Numbered from the stretch's first letter, positions 7,671 to 17,606 are shown. The stretch: 26,925 bases of DNA from Acidimicrobiia bacterium (GCA_030623545.1 JAUXLW010000001.1:1-26925); one strand, 5' to 3'. The notes: generated by a model from the letters alone, not told the origin. Numbers and translations are program-made.

Positions 7671-8921
7671 ATGGACCACTCCTCCAACCTTTCCGCCGAG
7701 CGCCCCACCTTCCTCACCCACCTCGAGTGCAGCGGCACGGGGAGTCGCTACGAGCCGGACCGATTGCACAGCCTGTCCGATACCGGCCATCCCCTGCTGG
7801 CTCGCTACGACCTGGAGGCGCTGGCAGGTCAGGTCACTAAGGAAACCCTGGCAGGCCGCCCCCCGGACATGTGGCGTTATCGAGAGTTCCTTCCGGTGCG
7901 CTCAACTGCCAGCATCGTTTCCCTGGGCGAGGTGATGACTCCCATCGTCTCGATGCCTGCGGCGGCGACCCGTGTCGGGTCACGCTCTCTGCTGGTTAAG
8001 GATGAGTCACGCCTCCCAACTGCATCGTTCAAGGCTCGCGGCCTGTGTGTAGCCGTGAGCATGGCCAAAGAGCTGGGTGTGACTCGAGCGGCGCTCGCGA
8101 CCAACGGCAACGCCGGAGCTGCACTGGCGGCCTATGGGCGCCGGGCGGGCATGGAGGTCTACGTGTTCTGCCCGGCCGATACTCCTGAGGTGAGCGTGCG
8201 TGAGATCGCCATGCAGGGTGCGAAGGTGTACCGCGTCAATGGCTTGATCAATGATTGTGGCCGCATAGTCGCCGGCGGCGTCGACGAGGCGGCATGGTTC
8301 GACTTCTCGACATTGCGAGAGCCATACCGCATCGAAGGCAAGAAAACCATGGGCCTGGAGCTGGCAGAACAGCTCAATTGGAGCCTCCCCGACGTCATCT
8401 TCTATCCGACCGGTGGCGGCACCGGGATCATCGGAATGTGGAAGGCCTTCAACGAGCTGGAGGCGATGGGCTGGATCGACAGGAAGCCGAGGATGGTGGC
8501 GGTCCAGGCCGAGGGTTGTGCTCCCATCGTCAAGGCTTACCACGAGGGGGCCGATCACGCCGAGTTGTGGCCCGACGCTTCCACCGTCGCGGCAGGGATC
8601 CGGGTCCCGGCCGCCATTGGGGACTTCCTCATCCTCCGGGCAGTTCGCGAGAGCGAAGGGTTCGCAATTGCTGTGTCTGACGAGGAGATAGCCGCCGCCC
8701 AGGCCGATGCCGCCAAGCAGGACGGTCTTTTGACCAGCCCTGAGGGAGCTGCCACGCTGGCCGCCTTTGAGGCCGCGCGGGCCGACGGCCTCATAAGCAA
8801 GGACGACCGCGTGCTCTTGTTCAATTGCGGGCATGGGCTCAAATACCCGATGCCACCGTCGAATCGAGCCATCGACCACACCGGCCCGATCGACTTTGCC
8901 GAAATCACCTCGGGGCACTAG
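7671..8921 (+). CDS. thrC: Threonine synthase (PLP-dependent)
   Basis: SLGEVMTP, PTASFKARG (PLP lysine), TNGNAG, EGKKTMG, YPTGGGTG, SPEGAA; GGAGG RBS. Confidence 0.9.
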   Translation: MDHSSNLSAERPTFLTHLECSGTGSRYEPDRLHSLSDTGHPLLARYDLEALAGQVTKETLAGRPPDMWRYREFLPVRSTASIVSLGEVMTPIVSMPAAATRVGSRSLLVKDESRLPTASFKARGLCVAVSMAKELGVTRAALATNGNAGAALAAYGRRAGMEVYVFCPADTPEVSVREIAMQGAKVYRVNGLINDCGRIVAGGVDEAAWFDFSTLREPYRIEGKKTMGLELAEQLNWSLPDVIFYPTGGGTGIIGMWKAFNELEAMGWIDRKPRMVAVQAEGCAPIVKAYHEGADHAELWPDASTVAAGIRVPAAIGDFLILRAVRESEGFAIAVSDEEIAAAQADAAKQDGLLTSPEGAATLAAFEAARADGLISKDDRVLLFNCGHGLKYPMPPSNRAIDHTGPIDFAEITSGH

Positions 8922-8960
8922 GTGTAACCCCCCAGATCGAGAACGGTAGCCTCGCGACGC

Positions 8961-10007
8961 ATGTGGTCAGTCCTCTCCACCGCCTGGCGCATTGTGATTC
9001 GGCGGGCTATCTCGGACCGCTTGATCTTGCTGGCTGCGGCCATCACGATCTTGGCCGCCACGATGCTCGTGGCCTCAGGCCCGATCTATGCCGATGCCGT
9101 CACGCTGAGCGCCGTTCAGCGAACCCTGGCAGACGCCGACGTCGACGAAGCCAACGTGTCCATCTCCACACGGGTGTCGGCGGCGACTTTTACTGCTACC
9201 AACAATCTGGTTAACGAACAAGTTGCGCGCTCGCTCGCGCTCACCGGTTTCAACGGGGAGCGGCGGGGCACCTCTGAGTCCTACTCGCTCCCCATCCAAC
9301 CCGGAGATGAGGTCACCAATCTCGTGGTCTTCCGCTACTTCGGACAAATTGAGGAGCACGTAACTGTCGTGGATGGGCTCTGGCCCACAGTCGGGGGAGC
9401 CCCTCACGAGGTGGCCCTGCCAGAACCCGCCGCCCTGACGCTCGGGTTGGCCGTGGACGATCAACTCGAGCTCACCAATCGACGCGACAACGACGTGCGG
9501 GTAACGGTTCGCATCAGCGGGATCTACCAGATAAACGATCCGCGCGATCCGTTCTGGTTCGGCGACGAGCTCGATCTCAGCGGCCGGTCTGAGGGGGCCT
9601 CCTTCGTCACTTTCGGGCCGCTCGTAGTCCCATTCGACACGTTCTTCCAAACGGCAACGCCCGTGAGCTCCAAATTCGACTGGCGGATATTCCCGAACCA
9701 TGAAAACCTCGCCGTCGCCGACATCCGCGACCGGGTTGAACATCGGCCCCACGAGCTCTCAGGTGGTGAACAGCAACGGGTGGGAATCGCTCGCGCCCTG
9801 GCCAACAATCCTCCATTGCTTCTGGCGGATGAGCCCACGGGTCAACTCGACTCGAGGACCGGTCGATCCATCATGAATTTGATCAAGCAACTAGTGGCAA
9901 GCGAGGGGGTCACCGCTATTGTCGCCACCCACGATTCGGCACTCATCGACCTGGCGGACCGGGTGGTCGATCTCCGCGACGGGGAGATCGCGGCCGATAC
10001 CGGCTGA
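8961..10007 (+). pseudogene. In-frame chimera of an FtsX-like ABC permease N-terminus and the C-terminal half of an ABC ATPase
   Basis: Residues 1-255 are one TM plus an extracytoplasmic domain. After about 9725 come [23 protein letters not shown] and VATHD, with no Walker A or Q-loop. Confidence 0.8.
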
Positions 10008-10024
10008 CTCCCGTCGAATAGCGA

Positions 10025-10909
10025 TCACTCCAGATCTTCGAGGGTTTTGGGAAACTCATCTTTCAGAAGTCGTGACAGCGACCTGTCGGCCAGAATCTTG
10101 CCGCCGGTCTGGCACCCGGCGCAGTAGTTCATCTCGTTGGAGGCGTAGACCACGCGCTGCACCGGAGAGCCACACACCGGACACGGCTCCCCGTACTTGC
10201 CGTGCACGGCCATCTCCGGCCGAAAAGCCGTGACCTTGTCCGGAAAGCCATCACCGACCTCGGCTATCAGCAGGTCGGTCCACTGCCCGAGGACTTCAAC
10301 CACTGCGCCGTAAAGTGCCTGCGCCTCCTCACGGGTCATCTGCCGTGTCTTCTTGAAAGGCGAGAGTTTGGCCCGGTGGAGAATCTCGTCGGAATAGGCG
10401 TTGCCGATCCCGCTGAAGTAGCGAGGGTCCGTCAGCGCCCGCTTCACAGTGTGGCTCACGGACAGCAAGCGGTCGGCAAACTCATCGGCGGTGGAGTCGA
10501 GGACTTCGAGACCGCCCCGACTGTGGTCGACCAGGCTCTCCTCGCCCTTGACCAGGTGCAACGTCGCTCGCTTCCTGGTACTGGCCTCCGTCAACAACAA
10601 GGTCCCATGGGGAAAGTCGAAGGCCGCCAGGCCAATTCTTTTCGGAATGGTGGCGCCCCGGTCCTTCCAGCGAATTCGCCCGGCCACCATCAGATGCAGC
10701 ACGAGAAACAGATCACCCTCGAGCTCGAACACAATCCGCTTGCCAAGCCGGCGCAAGCCAAGGACCCGCTTCCCCTCTGCGGCTTCGATCGGTGGGTCGT
10801 AGGAGCCGAGTAGCGAGATACCGGAGATCCGGACTCGCTCCAGCGGCTCACCAACAACGAAGCGCTCGAGGGCCTTGATGTACGTGACGGTGTCGGGAAG
10901 CTCAGGCAT
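10025..10909 (-). CDS. Fpg/Nei family DNA glycosylase
   Basis: True start MPELPD (catalytic Pro2/Glu3) at 10909, RLGKRI, H2TH motif GIGNAYSDEILHRA, zinc finger CPVC...YCAGCQ. Confidence 0.93.
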   Translation of the reverse strand: MPELPDTVTYIKALERFVVGEPLERVRISGISLLGSYDPPIEAAEGKRVLGLRRLGKRIVFELEGDLFLVLHLMVAGRIRWKDRGATIPKRIGLAAFDFPHGTLLLTEASTRKRATLHLVKGEESLVDHSRGGLEVLDSTADEFADRLLSVSHTVKRALTDPRYFSGIGNAYSDEILHRAKLSPFKKTRQMTREEAQALYGAVVEVLGQWTDLLIAEVGDGFPDKVTAFRPEMAVHGKYGEPCPVCGSPVQRVVYASNEMNYCAGCQTGGKILADRSLSRLLKDEFPKTLEDLE

Positions 10910-10994
10910 TTCGCGAACATTCTCGCGGGAGCCGTTCATTTTGTGTCTGGAGTGAGAGTCAGAAATCCCCCGACGACTCATAGACTCCTCATCC

Positions 10995-11906
10995 ATGGCC
11001 GGTTCGGAATCCAAGACGCTCGTCATCCTCGCCCTCTTCGCCAACATGGGAATCGCCGTGATGAAGTTCATCGCAGCGGCAATCACCGGCTCGGCAGCCC
11101 TCCTCGCAGAGGGGTATCACTCCTTAGCCGACAGCGGAAACCAACTCTTCTTGCTGCGGGGCACCGCCGTCTCTCGATACGGGCCCAGCGTCAAGCATCA
11201 GTTTGGAAGGGGCAAGGAGCTCTACTTTTGGTCTCTCATGGTGGCGGTATTCCTCTTCGTCGGAGGAGCGGTCGTGTCGTTCATCGAGGGATTGGAGCGC
11301 TTTCGCCATCCCGAAGAGACCACCAACCTGGCTCTGAGTGTCGGTGTCCTCCTCGCCGCCGGCGCCTTCGAGGTCGGCATCGCTTTCATACCGGCCCTCA
11401 GAGAGTTCAACCGGCGACGGGGAAGCCGCAAGGTCTGGCGATCACTTCGGGAGTCGAAGGACCCGGCGCTGATGGTTGTGCTCTTCGAGGACTCGGCAGC
11501 GGTCTTCGGGGTTCTCATAGCTCTCACTGGAATCCTGATCGGAGAATGGAGCGGTAACCCCCGGTGGGACGGAGGTGCCTCGATGGCGATCGGCGTTCTA
11601 CTCGCCCTGGTTGCCTTCCTGGTGGCTTACGAAGTCAAGAGCCTTCTGGTGGGTGAGAGCGCATCCCGAGAAGTTCGCTCGCAGATTCGGACCGCCGTCC
11701 TGACTCATCCCAACGTTGAAAGCATCGGCCGTCTATTGACAATGCACATGGGCCCGACCGATATCGTCGTAAACCTGGAAGTGGACTTTGAAGACGGTCT
11801 CAAGGACACCGAGGTCGAGTCCACCATCGACGACGTGGAGGAAGCAATACGGCGAGTGGCTCCTTCAGCAACCCTCATCTTCGTAGAGCCGGAGTCCCGC
11901 CGATGA
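10995..11906 (+). CDS. Cation diffusion facilitator family transporter
   Basis: AEGYHSLADSGNQ, VLFEDSAA, C-terminal dimerisation domain (LTMHMGP...IFVEPE). Confidence 0.92.
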   Translation: MAGSESKTLVILALFANMGIAVMKFIAAAITGSAALLAEGYHSLADSGNQLFLLRGTAVSRYGPSVKHQFGRGKELYFWSLMVAVFLFVGGAVVSFIEGLERFRHPEETTNLALSVGVLLAAGAFEVGIAFIPALREFNRRRGSRKVWRSLRESKDPALMVVLFEDSAAVFGVLIALTGILIGEWSGNPRWDGGASMAIGVLLALVAFLVAYEVKSLLVGESASREVRSQIRTAVLTHPNVESIGRLLTMHMGPTDIVVNLEVDFEDGLKDTEVESTIDDVEEAIRRVAPSATLIFVEPESRR

Positions 11907-12718
11907 GAGCCACCGCGCCGGCTTCAACCGCCAATCTTGGACCCGGATTTGACACGCTGGCCCTGGCCCTCGAGATCCGCTGCTCGGTGGCGGTCGAATC
12001 CAGCGACGAGCTCGAGGTTGCCACCCCCGATCCGGATGGATTTGTGGCCGGGGTCGCCGCCCGACTGACACAGGAGCCGTTGCGCATCTCCGTTGATAGT
12101 CAGATTCCCAGCGGCCGGGGTCTCGGCTCGAGCGCGGCGATAACCGCCGCGCTGGGAGCGGCCATCTCCCGGCTTCATGGCGAGGAGCCCGATCATGACC
12201 GGCTGTTCGAGTTGGTGGCGGAGATCGAGGGGCACCCCGACAACGCCGCGGCCACCGTCTACGGCGGTCTGGTGGCCACGGATGGCGCCCGCGCTCACCT
12301 TCTCGACCTCGACTCCGATTTGCGAGTTTTGGTCGCCGTGCCCGATGTCACCCTCCCAACCGATGAAGCGCGGAGAGCCCTGCCATCAAAGATCGATTTC
12401 GGCATCGCCGCCCGCACCGCTTCGCGAGCCATAAGGCTGATCGAAGGCCTCCGCCAGGGAAATGAGGACCTGCTGCGGTCAATCGGTCGCGACGAGCTCC
12501 ACGAGCCGTACCGAATCGAACTGCGACCGATCATCGGCGAGCTGTTGAGCGCCGCCACCGACGCCGGAGCCCTTTTCAGCGCCTTGAGCGGTGCGGGCCC
12601 TTCTGTGGTGGCGATCGTGACCAGGGCTCATGAACAGCTGGTGGCATCGGCGCTGACCGATGCAGTCGGTTCAGGAACGGTACTCAGCCCGGCTATTGCT
12701 CTCACCGGAGTGGAGTAG
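11903..12718 (+). CDS. thrB: Homoserine kinase
   Basis: APASTANLGPGFD, GHMP motif IPSGRGLGSSAA, EGHPDNAA, DELHEPYR, SGAGPS. Confidence 0.94.
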   Translation: MRATAPASTANLGPGFDTLALALEIRCSVAVESSDELEVATPDPDGFVAGVAARLTQEPLRISVDSQIPSGRGLGSSAAITAALGAAISRLHGEEPDHDRLFELVAEIEGHPDNAAATVYGGLVATDGARAHLLDLDSDLRVLVAVPDVTLPTDEARRALPSKIDFGIAARTASRAIRLIEGLRQGNEDLLRSIGRDELHEPYRIELRPIIGELLSAATDAGALFSALSGAGPSVVAIVTRAHEQLVASALTDAVGSGTVLSPAIALTGVE

Positions 12719-12744
12719 GGCTTTAAGGAGGCCGGGCAGCCCTC

Positions 12745-14241
12745 CTAGAGAATGCTCCACGGATTTGAAAGGGTCACCGAGCGGCATCCGTCGGGGTTGT
12801 CCACAGTGCTCGGAAGGAAGGAGCTGCCGTGGTGGGCTCCAGTCAGGGCGTTCTCGACGGTGCAATACCAGCGACCGCTTGCGCTCTGAGTAAGGATCAC
12901 GACTTCCTGACCCATGTCCATGTAGGCAACAACACCTGGGCCGGCGAGATCGGGAGTGCCTACGAAAAGCAGCGACTCATCTATGAACATGGCGTTGAGG
13001 GTGGAGTTGGGAATGTCGTAGTCGCCGACTGCCGCATAGAGGTCCCTGGCAACCAGTAACACGGCTTCCATGTTGTCGATGGTCACATCATTGGCGGTTC
13101 CGTCATTCACCCTGTTGAGCGTCCACTTGCAGGGATGAACCGCGGCAAACCATTCGCCGCCCCACGACCAGGCACCGAAATCCTCGACAAGGAGGGTCTC
13201 TCCCGAGTCGGTGTAGGTGAGCTCGAAGGTCGCATAACCCTCGTCGTTGCCGCCGGTGATCTCGAAGTCGCCGAAGGTGAGCGCCGTTGGGCTCCAATGG
13301 AACGAGCCGAGGTCGGCTGCCGTATCGGTGGCGTCACAGGAAAACAGCGCCGGCACCGCGTCGTGCAGTGAAACGTAGTCTTGAGAAGCCTCGGCGATCA
13401 TGAACTGTTTGAGGATGGCCTCGATTTCGGCCTCGTCCGCCGCCGTCAGAGGTATCGGCGCCAATGTGGTGGTCGTCGTGGTAGATCCGCCGATCCCCCC
13501 GGGCCCGAAGATGTCGGGCGACGTGGTGGTTGTCGATGCGCCGGGAGCCAGCGTGGTGGTGGTGAGATCTGGATCAATCGGGGCGCCGTCTGAGGGAGCT
13601 CCACCGTCGGCCCCGCCGTCGCCGTCAGCACCAACTTCGCCGGCAAGTGTCGTCGTGGTGATCACCAGCGGGTAGGTGAAGTCTCCTGATCCCACCTTGG
13701 CCACGACATCGCACGGATTGATGGCCATTCGCCATCCTTCCGGATCCAAAACCGCCAGCAACCCTTCTATGGGGAGGGTTCCGGCTGCATCTGTCACCTC
13801 GAACCGCCCGGAGGCAAAGTCGCCGACAACGTGGATCTCGAATTCTTCGGAGAAGACAATCTCGGTCGCCTCTGCAGCAATCCCGGCCATGGCCGCAAAC
13901 TCTTCAAAGCCACAAGTTCCGAGGAATTCACTTGATGAGGCCGAATAGACCGCATCCCAGTCCCTGGCGCCGGCCGCCTCAAAGTATCCCTTGACCAGTT
14001 CCGTAACGAAAAGCTCGGCTTCAACCCGCTGGGCCGGCGTGGTTGTTGAGGTGGACGCCGGGGTCCCTCCAAACTGAAGCAACTCGAGCAGGTCGGCTCC
14101 AGCGTCCGGCAAATTTGCAGCCGGAGCTTGGGTTACAGGGGGTGTCGCCACCGCGACAGAATCGTCGCCGCCGGAACAAGCTGCGGCGACCAGGGCGAGC
14201 CCGAGCAGCAACGAAACCAACGAACGAGTGTGACTAGACAT
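12745..14241 (-). CDS. Large acidic lipoprotein with Thr/Gly-rich linkers, two NTF2-like repeats and a pilin-like C-terminal domain
   Basis: Lipobox VAAAC-SGG. Two similar domains end in GWRMAINPC and GEWFAAVHPC. Domain identities are my inference. Confidence 0.8.
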   Translation of the reverse strand: MSSHTRSLVSLLLGLALVAAACSGGDDSVAVATPPVTQAPAANLPDAGADLLELLQFGGTPASTSTTTPAQRVEAELFVTELVKGYFEAAGARDWDAVYSASSSEFLGTCGFEEFAAMAGIAAEATEIVFSEEFEIHVVGDFASGRFEVTDAAGTLPIEGLLAVLDPEGWRMAINPCDVVAKVGSGDFTYPLVITTTTLAGEVGADGDGGADGGAPSDGAPIDPDLTTTTLAPGASTTTTSPDIFGPGGIGGSTTTTTTLAPIPLTAADEAEIEAILKQFMIAEASQDYVSLHDAVPALFSCDATDTAADLGSFHWSPTALTFGDFEITGGNDEGYATFELTYTDSGETLLVEDFGAWSWGGEWFAAVHPCKWTLNRVNDGTANDVTIDNMEAVLLVARDLYAAVGDYDIPNSTLNAMFIDESLLFVGTPDLAGPGVVAYMDMGQEVVILTQSASGRWYCTVENALTGAHHGSSFLPSTVDNPDGCRSVTLSNPWSIL

Positions 14242-14281
14242 CGCACTGGATATCGACCCGATTTTACCGAGGCTTTAGACG

Positions 14282-15016
14282 TTAAGAAATGCCCTCGGAA
14301 GCAGCTCGTACCAGCCCCTCGAACAGTGCCCTGGCGGCCGATTCACTGTCCACCAGGTGCTCGGGATGCCATTGCACACCACGCATCTCCCAACGGTCAT
14401 CATCGGGCTCCATCGCCTCGATGACCCCATCCTCGCTCCAGGCCACCGGATGCAAGCCCGGCGCCACCTCTGCCACCGCCTGGTGATGCAGCGAGTTGAC
14501 CTTGAGCTCGCTGGTACCAAAGAGGCCGGCCAGGTGACAGGATTCTTCGAGTCGGAGAGCCTGATGGGCCCGCTTGGCGTCCTCCCCTGCACGAAAATGG
14601 TCAAAACCACCGTCGACCTGAGTGGGAATATCCACTATCAACGTGCCGCCAAGCGCAACATTGAGGACTTGAAGCCCCCGGCAGATGGCGAGCACCGGAA
14701 GTTTCGTCTCGGCAATCTGGCGGGCAAGCGCCAGCTCAAACTCGTCACGCGCCGCATCTACTCCATAGACGGTCGAATGTTCGAGGAGGCGGTAATGACT
14801 CGGATCGACGTCTCCGCCGCCGCTCAGAACAACGCCGTTCAGGCGCTCAATAAGGCCGGGCACTGCCTCGGGATTGAGTATGGGCAACAGAACCGGGATG
14901 CCTCCCGCCTCGGCGACGGCACTGGAGTAGGTAAGCACGACGGTGTTAGCCGGCTCGGCGCCGTAGGTGGTGTTGACCTCGCGTCTTTGGGCCGTGATAC
15001 CGATCAGGGGTCGCAT
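14282..15016 (-). CDS. Gamma-glutamyl-gamma-aminobutyrate hydrolase family (peptidase C26, PuuD-like)
   Basis: LSGGGDVDP, nucleophile elbow AICRGLQ, VNSLHHQAV, catalytic QWHPE. Confidence 0.92.
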   Translation of the reverse strand: MRPLIGITAQRREVNTTYGAEPANTVVLTYSSAVAEAGGIPVLLPILNPEAVPGLIERLNGVVLSGGGDVDPSHYRLLEHSTVYGVDAARDEFELALARQIAETKLPVLAICRGLQVLNVALGGTLIVDIPTQVDGGFDHFRAGEDAKRAHQALRLEESCHLAGLFGTSELKVNSLHHQAVAEVAPGLHPVAWSEDGVIEAMEPDDDRWEMRGVQWHPEHLVDSESAARALFEGLVRAASEGIS

Positions 15017-15073
15017 GTCGCTGAACTCTAGGAGTGTTTGCGAAGCGAGGCAGAGTGGACCAAGCTATGGGTA

Positions 15074-15166
15074 ATGGGATCAGTGATAAAGAAGCGGCGC
15101 AAGAAGATGTCAAAGCACAAGTACCGCAAACGTCTTCGAGCAAACCGGCACAAGCGCAAGAAGTAG
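15074..15166 (+). CDS. 30S ribosomal protein bS22 (AURKAIP1/COX24 domain), 30 aa
   Basis: Translated by hand: MGSVIKKRRKKMSKHKYRKRLRANRHKRKK. It is below the ORF-track length cutoff. Confidence 0.93.
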   Translation: MGSVIKKRRKKMSKHKYRKRLRANRHKRKK

Positions 15167-15185
15167 CCCGAGACGGCAGGCCAGG

Positions 15186-16319
15186 TTGATCCTCGAATCA
15201 CAGCGCCACCTGTTCAACATTCCGGACGACGTCGCGTATTTCAACACGTCCTACCTGAGCCCGCAGCTGCATTCCGTGCGGGCAGCCGGGGAGGCGGCAC
15301 TGCAACAGGTGGCGACGCCGTGGACGGTCACGCCGGGTGACTTCTTCACCAGGAGTGAGCAGGTTCGCGGCTTGTTTGGAGGGCTGATAGGCGCCCCACC
15401 CGACGGAATCGCCATCGTCCCGGCGGTGTCGTACGCCAACGCCATCGCCGCCAATAACCTCGAGGTGGCCCCCGGCCAGACCATTCTCGTCCTCGACGAA
15501 CAGTTCCCATCGAACGTCTACCCGTGGTGGGACAAAGCCTGCCGGTCGAATGCGGACCTCATCGTCGTTCCCCGACCCGCAGACCACGATTGGACTTCGA
15601 CAATCTTGGAGCACATCGATGAGCGCCTGGCCATCGCCGCCCTCCCTAATTGTCACTGGACCGACGGCGGCCTGGTCGACCTGGTCGCGGTGGGAAAAAT
15701 GGTCCGGGAGGCTGGCGCCGCACTGGTGGTCGACGCCTCGCAATCGCTCGGGGCGTTGCCGCTCGACGTCGGCGATGTGCAGCCGGATTTCCTTTGCACC
15801 GTTGGCTACAAGTGGATGCTGGGCCCTTACAGCTACTCGTATCTGTACGTGGGGCCGGGGCATCGGGGAGGAGAGCCCATCGAGCAAGGCTGGATAACCC
15901 GCAAGGGAAGTGAGGACTTCACGAGGCTCGTCGATTACGAAACCGAGCTCGAGGCTGGAGCAACCCGGTTCGATGTTGGAGAACGATCCAACTTCATCCT
16001 CACACCGATGGCCGAGGCCGCCCTAACCCAGATTGGGGACTGGGGTATGGAGAACATTGCAGCCACCATTGCCAGGTCGACAGCTGAAATCGAGCGCAGG
16101 ATGATCAGCCTGGGCCTCGAGCCGATTCCCGCCGGCCGGCGGGGTCCCCATATGACCGGCGTCTATTTCCCAAACGGTGTCCCTGTGGACCTGGGAGACC
16201 GACTGCGGGCGGCCGGCGTGTACGCCAGCATCCGCGGCGATTCCCTACGGCTGGCGCCTCATCTCTTCACAACTGAAGCCGACCTCGATCGACTGTCGGA
16301 GGTGGTGGCAGCCGGCTAG
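15186..16319 (+). CDS. Class V PLP aminotransferase (cysteine desulfurase/selenocysteine lyase-like)
   Basis: YFNTSYLSP, EQFPSN, HWTDG, VDASQSLG, GYKWMLGP (PLP lysine), LRLAPH. Substrate cannot be determined from sequence alone. Confidence 0.88.
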   Translation: MILESQRHLFNIPDDVAYFNTSYLSPQLHSVRAAGEAALQQVATPWTVTPGDFFTRSEQVRGLFGGLIGAPPDGIAIVPAVSYANAIAANNLEVAPGQTILVLDEQFPSNVYPWWDKACRSNADLIVVPRPADHDWTSTILEHIDERLAIAALPNCHWTDGGLVDLVAVGKMVREAGAALVVDASQSLGALPLDVGDVQPDFLCTVGYKWMLGPYSYSYLYVGPGHRGGEPIEQGWITRKGSEDFTRLVDYETELEAGATRFDVGERSNFILTPMAEAALTQIGDWGMENIAATIARSTAEIERRMISLGLEPIPAGRRGPHMTGVYFPNGVPVDLGDRLRAAGVYASIRGDSLRLAPHLFTTEADLDRLSEVVAAG

Positions 16320-16475
16320 GGGGCCAACGCGGGCAGTCCCGGCCCAACCCATGCCGTTCAGTTCCAATCCCGGTCGGAAACCCCTGTCCGGCGAACGTTC
16401 TTACGTGGGCGAGGGGCCCTGCCAAGCCGACGAGGATGCCTCGACCCGGCCGCTATCCACCTGAGACCTCTCCGC

Positions 16476-16838
16476 TCAATCGGGGACGTCTATCGGCTGC
16501 ATTCTCCGACGCTGCCTGGCGGCATCCACGAACGCGCTCCAGGCAACGAAGATCGACAGGACTCCGACGGCTGCGACCGGGGGAAACCAGAACAGGGCAA
16601 TCAGCAGCGTTCCAGGGAGCACTCCGACGCCGATCATGAGGCTGCCCCGTGCCTCGTTCCCCTCCCGAACTCCGAGGCCGCCGAAAATCAAACCGGCGAA
16701 GGCCACCGCCACTGCGACGGCGACAATCTTGCCGTACAGGGGTCCGCCGTCGTCGCCGAGCAGGTTGCCGATCCCGAAAACTGCCATTGCGAGGCCGATG
16801 AGCCCGGCAGCAAAAAGCCACCATTTCTGCTTCCACAT
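16476..16838 (-). CDS. Hypothetical membrane protein (about 4 TM)
   Basis: AGGAG RBS precedes ATG at 16838 (MWKQKWWLF...); hydrophobic segments with Gly-rich turns. Confidence 0.75.
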   Translation of the reverse strand: MWKQKWWLFAAGLIGLAMAVFGIGNLLGDDGGPLYGKIVAVAVAVAFAGLIFGGLGVREGNEARGSLMIGVGVLPGTLLIALFWFPPVAAVGVLSIFVAWSAFVDAARQRRRMQPIDVPD

Positions 16839-16922
16839 ATCCACTCTCCTTCGCGTCACCCCTACAGACGATCCCCGCAGTCATCCGGGTGACACCGGGT
16901 ACTCAGCACCCTCCGAGGAGGC

Positions 16923-17606
16923 CTAGGGATTCACCCCCGGCACCACACCCCAGTCCTCGGGTGGATATTTCCTGGCGCGATCAGCCTGGAGGCGAGCCGC
17001 GTAGGCGGCGGCTTCACTGCGCCGGCTCATCTCGAGCTTGGAGAGGAGATTGGACACGTAATTCTTGACCGTCTTCTCGGCAAGGAACATGTCCTCGGCG
17101 ATTTGTTTGTTGGTCTTGCCCTCGGAGATGAGGTCGAGGATCCGACGCTCCTGGGGTGACAGGCGGCTGAGCAGCGGATCGTCCGACTCGTCTCCTCTGA
17201 TCCTGGCGAAGAGACGCTCGGTGAGGTTGGGATCAAGAAGGGACTCCCCCCGGCCGACCCGCCTGATCGCATCGACCAGATCCTCGGAGTTGATCCGTTT
17301 CAGCACGTAGCCGGAGGCTCCCGCCATGATCGAGGACACCAGTGCTTCCTCGTCGGCGTACGAGGTCAACATCAGCACATTGACGTTCTCCCAGCGGGAT
17401 CGAATTTCCCGGCAGGCCTCGACCCCGGTCCCATCCGGCAGCCGAACGTCCATTACGACAACATCGGGCGTGTGATAACCAACCTGGCGGATGGCGTTGT
17501 CGACATCCCCGGCTTCCCCAACTACCTCGAGGTCGTCCTGGCTATCGATCAAGGCCTTGAGACCCTGCCTGACTACGTCATGATCGTCTACTAGCACGAC
17601 CTTCAT
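16923..17606 (-). CDS. NarL/LuxR family response regulator, DosR/DevR-like
   Basis: VDDHDVVRQG, phosphoacceptor in MDVRLPDG, LTSYADEEAL, and a recognition helix EKTVKNYVSNLLSKL close to the DosR KTVKNYVS motif. Confidence 0.9.
   Translation of the reverse strand: MKVVLVDDHDVVRQGLKALIDSQDDLEVVGEAGDVDNAIRQVGYHTPDVVVMDVRLPDGTGVEACREIRSRWENVNVLMLTSYADEEALVSSIMAGASGYVLKRINSEDLVDAIRRVGRGESLLDPNLTERLFARIRGDESDDPLLSRLSPQERRILDLISEGKTNKQIAEDMFLAEKTVKNYVSNLLSKLEMSRRSEAAAYAARLQADRARKYPPEDWGVVPGVNP

Noticed and set aside
6627-7790. 387-aa minus-strand ORF
   Set aside because: Antisense to two well-supported plus-strand genes; Ser/Arg-rich composition typical of shadow frames.
10910-11086. N-terminal extension of the Fpg/Nei ORF in the track
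   Set aside because: Fpg/Nei needs an N-terminal Pro (MPELP at 10909), and the extension overlaps the divergent CDF gene.
7671-12718. thrC and thrB separated by unrelated genes, considered as evidence of an inserted island
   Set aside because: The intervening genes have host-like composition and there are no boundary repeats or mobility genes.
16320-16475. 155-bp gap between convergent genes, checked for a small ORF or RNA
   Set aside because: No convincing ORF, RBS or strong hairpin on either strand.
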